Source: Phaeosaccion multiseriatum
Taxonomy: Eukaryota > Protista > Ochrophyta, other classes
Assembly: GCA_965112735.1 (NCBI GenBank)
Contig: OZ218964.1
Location: 992,001-1,056,000, forward strand
Length of the DNA: 64,000 bases
Direction: 5' to 3'
How positions within the stretch are numbered: the first letter of the stretch is position 1; each line of letters starts with the position of its first letter. The position numbers and the translations under genes were made by a program. Of this stretch, positions 12,864-23,783 are shown one piece after another. The notes under the pieces are model-generated. The model was not told where the DNA came from. It did not search any database and worked only from the letters and a program-made list of their open reading frames with translations.

Positions 12864-13606
12864 GTTGAGTTCCGATTCTTGCTTGCCAGCCATGTGGTTG
12901 CGCTTCGGAGCATGCCGCATCACCATCACCACCACCACCAGCAGCAGCAGCAGGAGGAGGAGGAGGAGGAGGAGGGAAGTCTATTTGCGGCTACTGGTAC
13001 GTGCATGGCACACCCTGATGGCCGGGCACCGACTCTGGGGGTTTTGAGTCGGAAGCCCATCTCCGCCCCCTCCCGTCCTACTCGCCGCGTTTGTAGTCGT
13101 TGAGAGCGGGGGCGCTCTCGTCGAAAGGGGGAGGGGGGAGGGAAGCACGAGCGCTGCCTCATACGTCTGTCTTCCAGCAAATCTCCGGCGGAAGCTTGTC
13201 GGCTCGGTCGGCTCGACCATGACAACCAACGATATAATATAATGATCTTGTGATGGGCGTGTGCCCTGCGGTGTCGGTGCACCGCTTTCTCATCCATCTA
13301 CCAAACCCTGTCGTTGCCTTGAGGCGCCTGCAACCTCCACCGCTGCTGTCAGCCTTGTTGACAGTGTGCTTTGCTTATGGAGGGTCGCCACTGCGATGCT
13401 GTGGTCGGTGGTCGGTGTGTGCGTACTGTTCCTCCCAACAGGTGGGTTTGTTGCTTAACCCCTGATGGGCTCTCGCACTTTGGCCTTCTCACAACGTGCT
13501 CCGCTTCTTTCACTGGCGGCCTCCTCTATTTCTTCTTCTCCCTCCCGCTGCTGCTTGGCATGCCTTTGCCTTCGTCAATAACCTTGTTCCATACCTCATC
13601 CAACTC

Positions 13607-14482
13607 TCATCTTGTCCATTGGTCGGCCCCGATGGGGGGGAATATCTTGACAGTCACGTCTCCATACACGTTGGTCACACACGAGAGCCTATAGCTGGGC
13701 GGATTGGAGCGCAGGGTGGAGGCCTCGTCGACGCTCTTGACTGTGCACTCCTCGAGCCCCTCCTCCACCTCCACGATGCAAGTGCCGCACAGCTGCTTGC
13801 CCTTGCAGTTCGTAAAGCGGCTGATGCTTTGGTACACGTTGATCTTATTCTCAATCAAAATGTCGCGCAAATTGGTGCCGGCCTTGCCCACCAGTGTCAC
13901 CTCTGGCTTGCCCTCCTGCAGCACGCGGATCGAGACTTGTTCGGGGCCTTTCCCGCCCCCCACGGCATCCTGAAGCTCCTCCAAGCTGCCTCGAAAGAAG
14001 CCCATCTCCATCGTGCCGCTCCCGTCCTTGGGCGCCGCAGCCGCTGCGTCTGAAATGAGGTCCATCACAATGTCAAAGGGAGCCCCAACCGTGGTCTCCC
14101 CGTTGATGCTCACCACTTGATCGCCCACTTTCACCCCTTCCTGGGCCGCAGACCCGCTTGGATCTACACCGCGCGCATACACCCAGCGAAAGCTTAAGTC
14201 GCTCGACCATCTGATTCCCGCGTTGTGGGAGACGTTCACGGTAAAGACCCGGGGATCCTTCTCACCCTCCTCCTCCGCTGCAACCTCCGCCTCGCCCTCT
14301 GCCATCCGCTGGCGAGGGAATGCTATTGTCCTTCCTCCCGAGGGCGAGCGCCGACTGCATGGACTTGAGAGCACCGCTCTAACCCGGCAAGCACTCACGT
14401 GAACAGGGGCAGGCACGCCAACGAAGGCAGAAATGCTCTGCGTGAGCGCAGCTAACGCCAAAAGCCGCAGTATCCAAACCAT
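13607..14482 (-). CDS. Plastid-targeted PDZ-domain + 2Fe-2S ferredoxin protein (single exon)
   Basis: Signal peptide MVWILRLLALAALTQSISA followed by F (ASAF-type motif) and an Arg/Ser-rich transit peptide. PDZ-like segment (VYARGVDPSGSAAQEGVKVGDQVVSING) and ferredoxin with C-x5-C-x2-C...C (NCKGKQLCGTC...RLSC). Confidence 0.88.
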   Translation of the reverse strand: MVWILRLLALAALTQSISAFVGVPAPVHVSACRVRAVLSSPCSRRSPSGGRTIAFPRQRMAEGEAEVAAEEEGEKDPRVFTVNVSHNAGIRWSSDLSFRWVYARGVDPSGSAAQEGVKVGDQVVSINGETTVGAPFDIVMDLISDAAAAAPKDGSGTMEMGFFRGSLEELQDAVGGGKGPEQVSIRVLQEGKPEVTLVGKAGTNLRDILIENKINVYQSISRFTNCKGKQLCGTCIVEVEEGLEECTVKSVDEASTLRSNPPSYRLSCVTNVYGDVTVKIFPPIGADQWTR

Positions 14483-14840
14483 CCTGGCCTCGCGAGAGAT
14501 ACTATCGAATCTACGAGTGTCAGAGGAAAGGGGGGGAAAGAGAGGTTGTGCTTGTTGTGTATCATGATCCCATCACATCATCATCCATCACATGAACCAT
14601 TTTTATGTCAATGAAAAATCGACCTCGATTCATTAACGGTTTGCCCTTCTTTGTGTGCTTCAACCTCTTTAGTTCAGGAAGAGCGCCAACTCTTAGAGGA
14701 CGCAGTGCGTAGGAAGGCGCTCAAGGAGTAGACAACGTTGCATGTTTGCCCGCGATCGTGGTCGCCTCGCAAATAGGGAGCTTCGTGTGTGCCCCGACCG
14801 CTGCCTGAGGAGCAGCAGCAGCAGTAGAAGGAAGAGAGAG

Positions 14841-17800
14841 ATGGGGAATGGTCAGTCGGGGGGGCGGCCGCGAAAAAAGCCGAAGGACGTGCCAGTGGCG
14901 AAGATGGAGGAGGGGCAAGAGGGGGTGGTGACGAGACAGCGGGAGGGGACGGATAGCACATCCGATTCGAGCTGTCCAGCAGAGGGCGGTACGCAAAAGG
15001 CGACCAAAAAGAGGGGGCAATGGGGTAAGCTGTCGCCCAAGAACGGCAGCAAGAAGAGTCTTCAGGCAGGGGGGGGAGGCGAAGTTGACAATGCTAGCAG
15101 TGCTGGTGATGCTGGGAGTATCAGCAGTGAGGGAGGAGAGGAGTCGAGACGGGCAGTGTCATCGTCCGAGGTGCAAGTCAATGTGGACTCTTCTTCCTCT
15201 CCCGCTCCCGCAGGGGAGGAAATCTCGGCGCAGCAGGCCTCTGCCTCATACGGTACCGTCAAGAGAGTGGAGGAGGTGGAGTCCGCCCTGTCCTTTTATG
15301 ACGTTACCCATGGGAGCTTCCACTCCCACTCCAACGCCAGGCCAGGAAGCATGAGTAGCCTCGGAGACTCGGAGACCACAGCGGTTGGAGGGAGTGGTAC
15401 AAACTGGAGCATGTTAACGCGGGACCTGCACGTTCAGCTGAGGGAGAAGGATGAGGTGATTCAGCTGCTGCAGCGGAGGATCAGCAAGCTCGTCGTGTCG
15501 CTCAAGGCCGCCTCGCTGCAGAAGAGTAGCGTCAAGACGAGGCACCTCGTGGACCCCGAGATGTATATGGTGGACCACACCGGAAGGCAGGCCACCGAGA
15601 TGCGCCAGGTTAGTGAGTGAGTCTTTTACTGAGGTGGTGTTTACTTGTTTGTTGATGTTCCCTGGCAAGCGCCATACCATCCATTCCTCATCGCCCCTCC
15701 TCTCCATTCCTACTGCTGAATTGACTTCTTTTACTCCCATCTCTTGTGGTTGTTTCAGTTGGGTCGAAAGGCCACCATCAACACATCCGCTGCCATCCGA
15801 GGCATGGCCAAGAGCCGCAAGAACCCCGTGGCGCAGGGCATTCTGAAGGCGGTGCTGGGCAAGAGGGCAGAGGCGGAAACATACTTCAAAGACGCCTCCT
15901 ACGGCTACGGCCTGCTGCAGCTGTGCGAGAGCGTAACCCAGCGGCTGGCGGGAGAGCCGCCGTGCGCATTCATCCAGGTAAGTACGTTGGGGCTTGCTTT
16001 CGTCCTCACTTGCACTTGTCTCACTAGTTGGGCTTAGTTGGGCTTCGTTGGGCTTAGTTGGGCTTGCTGCGTTTGCTTGGCAACGTTGCTTGCTTCGAAC
16101 CGCAGCAGCAGGTGGTGGTGGTGGTTGTCGTAGTCGTAGTCAAAGCAAGGGTGAGGGCTTTACACTGCGAAGTGGACATCACATATCACGAACGTTCCCT
16201 CCCTCTTTCTCCCTCCCTCCCTCCCTACCCCCCCTCCTTCTCCCTCCTTCCTTCCCTCCCTTCCTCCCTCCCCTTCTCCATCCCTCCCTCCCTCCCTCCC
16301 TCCCTCCCTCAGAGCCCCGTGTACTGCTTCGGAGACGTCAACGGCAATTTGTCGGTGAGTGTGCAAGTTGGCTCCAGGCAGGCAGCAAGGAGCCTGCCCT
16401 TCTTTTTACTTTCCGCCTCACCCCATCTCTCTATCCACAACCCCTCCGCCCCCCCTCCCTCCCTCTCAATCATTCGCCTCACCCCCGCCCCCCTACCCCC
16501 CTTCCGCCACCCCTTCGGGATGGAACTCATGCCTTTCGACACTACAGGACTTGCTCTTCTTTACCCGCAACTTGTGGTCTCTGGGAGTAAACCTCACCGC
16601 TGGGAACTTTCTCTTTCTCGGTAAGTCTCCTCAAGGATCCAGCCTGAGAATTGGGTGTGCTTCGCAGATGGCGTCCGGCGTCTATGGTGGTGCTCCAATC
16701 CTCCAACCCCCCACCCTACGCAAGAGGGCGAATAGGTCGTGCGTCTTTGCTGGAAGCTCCTCCCCTCCACTGTCATCCTCACGCTGAATGATTGATTGAT
16801 ACCACATGTACAGGGAACTACGCCTACCCCGGGCCGCACCCCTTGGAGAGCTTGGGTTACCTTCTCGCCATGAAGCTCGAGTACCCCAAGAAGGTGCATC
16901 TCTTGAGGGGAGAGCATGAGTGGTGGAGTGCAGCCGGGACCGATGCTGCCGATGGCGCCGATGGAGGAGAAGGAGGAGGAGGAGGAGGAGGAGGAGGAGG
17001 AGGAGGAGGAGGAGGAGGAGGAGGAGGAGGAGGAGGAGGAGGAGGAGGAGGAGGAGGAGGAGGAGGAGGAGGAGGAGGAGGAGGAGGAGGAGGAGGAGGA
17101 GGAGGAGGAGGAGGAGGAGGAGGAGGAGGAGGAGGAGGAGGAGGAGGAGGAGGAGGAGGAGGAGGGGGGGGCGCCACCACGCTGCTTGGTGCGAGTATCG
17201 AACGGTGGGGAGAGGACTTGGGGCGGCAGGTGTGGGTGGCGTGCAACAGAGTGTTCGAGCTCCTTCCCCTGGCAGCCGTCATTGATCACGATATTTTCTG
17301 CAGCCACGGGGGCATTCCAGAGCGTGCCACAGCGGCCGTGAAGCCCTCGTCCCCGGGGGGCAGCACACCGAGCCGCTTACAGCAGATCATGCGCCTACCA
17401 CAGCAACAACAATCACAACAACAACAACAACAACAACCAAACCAACAAGGGGGAGAGTGCGGCAGTAAGCGAGGAAGAGGCGGGGAGGGGAGCGAGGACG
17501 AGGCGGGGGGCAGGGAGGCGAAGGTAGGCAAGTCCGAGCAGCAGCAGCAGTTGGTGATACAGCCACAGGAGGAGGAGGAGATGGACGAGGCCACACGGAG
17601 CACCAACTTGGCCATCTCTCGAGCTCTCATCACAGGCAGGCTGGTGCGGGGGGCGGCCCAGGAGCGACGGAGGACTCTCATGGGAACACGATCAAAGTCG
17701 CTACGGTCCGTGTCGCCTTCGTCGGTGGAGGGGGGAGGAGGAGGAGGAGGAGGAGGAGGAGGAGGAGGAGGAGGAGGAGGCGGAGGAGGAGGAGGCGGAG

Positions 17801-18819
17801 GAGGAGGAGGAGGAGGAGGAGGAGGAGGAGGAGGAGGAGGAGGAGGAGGAGGAGGAGGAGGAGGAGGAGGAGGAGGAGGAGGAGGAGGAGGAGGAGGAGG
17901 AGGAGGAGGAGGAGGAGGAGGAGGAGGAGGAGGAGGAGGAGGAGGAGGAGGAGGAGGAGGAGGAGGAGGAGGAGGAGGAGGAGGAGGCGTAGTGTGGAGC
18001 AGTGGCGGCTTCGGGCGGACAGGGGAGGGGGTGTCGCTCTTCACCCAGGAGGCGGTGGAGGACTTCTTAACGGAAACGTCCATGAGCTACGTCATTCGGG
18101 CGGGGCGGTGCGTGGGGGAAGGAGGGGAGGGGAAGGGGGCGCCGGAGAAAGAGGCACGGGCTCCGGGCATCACACTCTCTCACAGTGCGAGGGTGGTTAC
18201 GGTGCATTCGTCCTCGACCGCGGAGGGGGCAGCAGTTGGTGATACAGCCAGAGGAGGAGGGGGAGAAGGAGGAGGACAAGCTGCCTCACCGCGCGGGGGT
18301 AAGAAGGAGGCGAGTGCCAGGAAGGCAGCGAAGAAGGACAAGAAGAGGAAAGACGATTGCCGCTGCGGTTGCATCCTCGTGGATGTGAACTCGATCCGCG
18401 TGGTGGGGCAGAGCGCGGGCTACAGGGCACAGCAGCAGCAGCAGCAACAACAACAACACCAACAACAACAGCAGCAGCAGCAGCAGCAGCAGCCGCAGCA
18501 GCTGGTGCAGCAGCGGTTGCTGCACCGCAGGAGGCCTGGTTCTGTTGGTCAGGCATTGGGCGGCAGGGGGCGTCGGGCGGCGGCGGGGGCGCCCGGCGGG
18601 GGCAGGGGGCGGTCTTCCTCCCCCCGGGGCCAGTCACGCTCCCCCCGGAGAGGGGTTTCTGCCAATGCTACAAGCCTGCCCTGCACCGCGCCCAGTGCGA
18701 GTGCCAGTGCTAGCGCCGCCGCCGCAGCCAGCAGGGCCCGGGCACAAGCGCACGGGAACGGCGGGCTCGAGGATGGGTGGTCGGATGATGATGACGATGA
18801 TGATGACGATGACTGCTGA
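14841..18819 (+). CDS. PPP-family (calcineurin-like) Ser/Thr phosphatase homolog with degenerate active site (pseudophosphatase); N-myristoylation motif
   Basis: Exons 14841-15608, 15759-15977, 16313-16354, 16548-16620, 16814-18819, frame-continuous. Starts MGNGQS. PPP motifs in the expected order but altered: FGDVNGN, FLGNYAYPG, LLRGEHE, FELLPLAAVI..DIFCSHGG, VIRAG, VVTVHSS. Confidence 0.85.
16972..17172 (+). repeat. Coding (GGA)n tract, 67 consecutive Gly
   Basis: Directly visible; in frame inside the phosphatase-like domain. Confidence 0.95.
17731..17988 (+). repeat. Coding (GGA)n tract, 86 consecutive Gly
   Basis: Directly visible; in frame inside the phosphatase-like domain. Confidence 0.95.
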
Positions 18820-19289
18820 GGGATGGGAGGGGCAGGAGTGAGCTCTTCCTTGTATGTAGCGCTTGATTAATTAAACTAGATGCTGTCCCCAAGAAGAAGA
18901 AGAAGAAGGATATCGATTTCATTTTTTGGTGTTCGATATTGATAAGGTCCCATAAACTGAAACTCAAAACTCAAAACTGCGATGTGGTGGTGGTACAAGA
19001 GAGGGCACGGTGGTCGATTGTCATTTTAAGAGGTGTGGCCACTATGGTCATTAAGCAGTGTGGTCACTAACAAGACCAACAGTCTCGGGTCATCTAGAGG
19101 TCATCCAGAGCTACCCTAGCCCACCCACCCTGCCCATACCATACCCGACCCAAGGCTGGAGACCAAGCCGCGCGGCACCGACCGCCCCGCACATTGCTTC
19201 TCTTCTTCACCACAGTATAGAGCCTCACTTCGGCCCACAGCAACACGCTGCAACGGTTGGTGATACAGAAGCCGGCCGCAGCAGCGTTG

Positions 19290-19917
19290 TCAGCGTAAAG
19301 CCCCACCCGCCTGGTCGAACTCATCCTCAGCGAGATGGGCAGCTGAAGAGCCGCCTTTGCCTCCACCTCCTCCTCCACTTGCTCGGCCCCCTTCTCCCCG
19401 CGGAGGAGAGCCCGGCGAGCTCGTGAACAGCGCCAACACGTCCTCCACGGAGCGGGGCTGCTGGGCACGCTGCTGCTGGGCACGCTGCTCCAGGGGTACT
19501 CCTCCTCCTCCTCCTCCTCCTCCTCCTCCTCCTCCTCCTCCCCTCCCGAATGGAGACGGAAAGACAGTGCGCGGCTGCGGAGCTTCTTCCCTCGCCCCTT
19601 CTTCCTCCAGTGCTGGCGACGCCCCCGTACTCCAAGTCTCCACAGTACCGCCTCTTGCACCGGCCACCGGCCCCTCTTGCTCATCCTTCTCAGCCCCCAA
19701 GTCCGTGTGCGGCTCGTGCTGCACATGAGCAAAGCCCTGGGAGGAGGCGGAGGCGGAGGTGAGAAACACGCTCGGTGCCACGGAGGAACGCCTGCCCATG
19801 CTCCCCATGCTGAATCGCTCGTCCTCCTCGTCATCACCCTGCCCCCCGTTGTATTCCCTCAGGAACGGTGCGAGCTGGAGCGACCGCTGTCGAGAAAGGC
19901 TCTTCGTCTCACTACTT

Positions 19918-19950
<33 letters not shown>

Positions 19951-21655
19951 GTGGTACCCCCCCAAAGACCCGCCTGCGAGTAGTGGGGAGCCAGCTCGCT
20001 TCCTCCCTCATCTATACTCTCGCTTCCTTCCCCGTCTAAACCGGCAAAGAGAACGCTTCCTCCTCCTCCTCCTCTTCCTCCTCCTCCTCCTCCTCCTCCT
20101 GCTGCTGCTGCATGTGCCCGCCCCACACCCTCACCAGAGGGCCTCCATCGGGTATTCTCGTCCCCCCACGGCCCCTCCTGGCCCTCATCCTCATCCTCAC
20201 GAGACCAGCGACCCCCACGAGGCGCCACACTCACGCCAGGCACAGCGCTGCTGCCCTCCTTCCAACGAGGGCCCCCTTGGGTTGTGTCTAAGCGATATGA
20301 CCGGTCCTGCGACTGCCAGTACGAGTGCGGGGCGTCTCGGGGGGGGTTCTCATTTCCGCCTCCTCCTCCTCCTCCTCCTCCTCCTCCTCCTCCTCCCCAG
20401 TCTTCACCACCATTCTCCTCCTCTGCCTCCTCCTCCTCGTCATCGAGGCTATCTAGTGTACCAAAGCCATTGTTGACTGCCCGTCGCCCCTCCCCTCCTC
20501 CTCTTCCTCCTCCTCCTCTTGCCCACTGCTGCTCATCATCACCACGGCTGCCGTAGTGGCCGGGGTTTCCATCGTGCCTGAAGGGTGGCGGGGAAGGGCG
20601 ACGCACAACCTTCGTGGGCGGCTTGAAAGGCCTGATGAGGGGTCTCTTTCTCTGCTGAAAGCCAGCAGCCAGTGTCCCGGGTTGGGCTGCTTTCGAAGTG
20701 TCGCCACCGCTACCATCGTCTCGAGGTTCCATCTGACGCCTCTGCTTCCCCTGCTGCTCCTGTTGCTGGCGTGGGTTGGGCGGGGGGGGGTCGTTTTCCA
20801 CCACTCCGTCCAGGCTTATCAAGTACCTGGAGAGAGAGGGAGAGGGGGGGGGGGGGGAGGAGGAGAGAGAGGGGGAGAGAGGGAGGGAGACATAGAGATA
20901 GAGAAGAGAGATAGAGTCAGCAGACGAGAGAGAGAGGTCGTAACACGGGTGTGAAACACGGCTTCGGGAAAGCTTGCAAGACTATCAAGCTTCCTGCGCT
21001 GCTCACATTTCAGTCTCCAGCTCCGGCTCCTTGAGCTGCAGGAAGGCGTCGAACTCGGCCTTGATGAGGAGCGCCTCTGCCAGCACTGTCCCCATCATCA
21101 TCTGCATTGGCTCGCTCCACTTGTAGAGCTTGACGCTCAGGCGGCGGGGGCAGCACTTGACCATTCCATCCAGCCACGTCTTGCGCTTCTTTGTCTTCTG
21201 GGTGGTGTATAGCACCCTGGGGAGGGAATGAATCGCAGGACCCAGACGATGCGCAGATGAAAGGGGGTGACGTGGGAGTTGGCGGGAAGAATGGTGTGAA
21301 AGAGCAAGGGGGTGGGTACGACCTTGGGTGGTGGGCCAAACAGCGCACGGGTAGCGCACTCTCATCAATAAGACAAGCAAACTGAGCTGAACAGGCCAAC
21401 GTCGCAACCCTCTCATCCTCTTCCTCCTCGCTCCCTCACCTCCTCGAGAGTAATTGCTGCTGTTCGGCCCCCGTGGAACAGTGCGACGCCTGCTGTTGCT
21501 GAGGTGGAGCATCGTGACAAGTAGCTGACTTCTTCGCTGTGTACGGTTTCGGCGGCCGCTGCTCCTGTTCCTCCTCTCCCGCCCTTAGTCGAGCATTCCC
21601 GTCCAACTGCTGAGCCGGCTCTTGCGGCAGTGGTCTCTTTCTCCTCAAGGGCTGT

Positions 21656-21699
<44 letters not shown>

Positions 21700-21726
21700 A
21701 GATGGATGTGGCACAGACCTTCGCAT
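19290..21726 (-). CDS. DUF2439 (ZGRF1 N-terminal-like) domain protein with disordered C-terminus
   Basis: Exons 21726-21440, 21216-21007, 20826-19290 (phases 2/2 consistent). VLYTTQKTKKRKTWLDG...VKLY...PELETEMYLISLD matches the DUF2439 pattern LYTxxKxxKxKxWxDG...ELE..YLI. The first exon and start codon are less certain. Confidence 0.75.
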
Positions 21727-21979
21727 CGCAGCCCACAAGAGAGAGAGAGGAGGAGAAAGAGAAAGCGTAAATAGATATCACCACGCAAGAGAAATTCGAA
21801 AGAGTATAGCCACGAACCTGAAACGGAAACTGAAACGTCGAACAACAGTAGGGATCGAACAAAAGAATAGAGTGTGTTCTGCTTCCTTCCCTCCACCTCC
21901 CACGCAATAGAAGGAAGAGTGGAAGAGGAAAGGAGCAAGAGCTGAGGAGGGATATCGAGGAGGGGTTATAAAAGAAGCG

Positions 21980-23437
21980 ATGGGATTGTCCATCGTCCTG
22001 GCTGAGGGAATGATGACCGCCTGGGCCCAAGTGTTGGCAGTAATGTTACTGTACAGCTCGCTTCTGCTCTTGACTTCAGCGTCCTTGTACTTCATTCTTG
22101 GCCTCCAAAGAGGGATCGTCAAGGGAGCTCTAATCGCGCTGGTGTGGGGCGTCTCGGTGGCCTCGCCGCTTCTCTGTGTTCACTTGAAGCTTCCCTTATT
22201 ACCAATTTGTCTCTTCATGCTATCTTCGTACGCAGTCGTGAGCAGCTTCAAGACGATTGAAGCCATCGCCGGAACTGCTCCCGAGGGTGCGAACAGTTCA
22301 CTTGGGAATTTCATCTTATACATGACTTCCTTCACGGATCCAGTCTTTGTACAACAGGAGCAGCAAGAGCCAAAGAATGGGCACGTCAGCAGCAGCAGCA
22401 GCAGCATCGGCGGTAGCAGGAACGGGCATGGGATGGTCACGAGGAGGAAGCAGAAGGGGGCACCAGGGCCAATGGACGACCCCTCCCCGTCCGCGGCAGC
22501 AGCAGCAGCAGCAGCAGCAGCAGGGAAAGGCGGGTGGGTGGCCTGCCAGACAGCCCCGAACACGGGAAGAAAGCTTCTACTGCGCTTTTTCTCATTCATT
22601 GCCGCTTATATCATCCTCCAATCCATTGCGGAGCCCTGGGCGTGGAAGCCTTGGAGCTGGCCCGGGATGAGCACCTATCACCAAGGGATAATGGTTTACA
22701 CTTTGATTGAGGTGTTTGGCACTCTGGAAATGCTGAGAGTCTGCGCGCTGGGCTTTGAGCCACTCAGGATCATGAAAAACCCCTTGCTGGCCTCCACTTC
22801 GCCGATGGATCTGTGGGGACGGAGGTGGAACATGGTTATCCACGGCCTGTTGAAGCGCTGTTTTTTTCTGCCATTGGCACGGAGTGACCTGAGGTATGGC
22901 AAGCTGTGTGGCGCGGTGGCATCGTTTGCCGTATCAGCGCTCTTTCACGAGTACATATGGGTGAGTTGCTCGCTCCTGGCTTCTTGCACATGGCAATTAC
23001 CTTTCCTGCCTCCTCGCCCCTGCACGCCATCCATTGTGCTCCCTGCCTTTACCCTCTCGCCCCAACAGGCACGGTCCCGCCTCTGTCCCTCTATGCCTTC
23101 CTCTGTCTCTCTCCTCACTCCCTGACTCTCTCAGTCTCCCAATCTCATGTGCCCACACTGCATGCAGTACATTGTGCTCTTTCATGATTCGAAGGTGTAT
23201 GGGCCAACCACCCTCTTCTTCCTCTACCAGCTCCTCCTGTGTACCGCCCAGGGGTTGCTCAAACGAAACTTGCCAGTCAGTGTAATGGATCGGTTGCACA
23301 TGTTTCCCGCCTTCCTCAAGGTCATGATTACAACGGCGCTGATCATTCCGAGTGGCCACTTGTTTGCGGAAAACGTGTTGAAGGGGCGGGTGCTTGACGA
23401 CATTGTATGTCTCTTCCCGCTCGTCAGATGGACTTAA
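21980..23437 (+). CDS. Membrane-bound O-acyltransferase (MBOAT_2, wax-synthase-like)
   Basis: Exons 21980-22960 and 23168-23437. Several hydrophobic helices; MKNPLLASTSPMDLWGRRWN and FAVSALFHE, the latter carrying the catalytic His. Confidence 0.88.
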
Positions 23438-23783
23438 AACGGAGGAACATCAGATGTACATACAGAGATTGAACAAGGGCAGGATGAGGGAGGATCAGTC
23501 CCTCCCCGCCCATTAGAGGCACATGGGAGGTGCGTAGAGAGAAGAGGAGGGGAGATGGACATTGAGAGAGAGAGAGGAGGGTGATAAGGTGGGCGAACAT
23601 ACAGAGAGAGAAGAGGGGATTAGATGGATAGAAGAGGGGCATGAGGGAGAGATGAAGATGGGATGTACGTAAAAGAGGGCGTAGTATATGTCTTACGAAT
23701 CATGATTTACACAATGAGGTGATACGGTGATGCTGCCGCATACAGTTATGCCGCCAGTCAGTGCCGCTGCTTAATGGAAGGTG

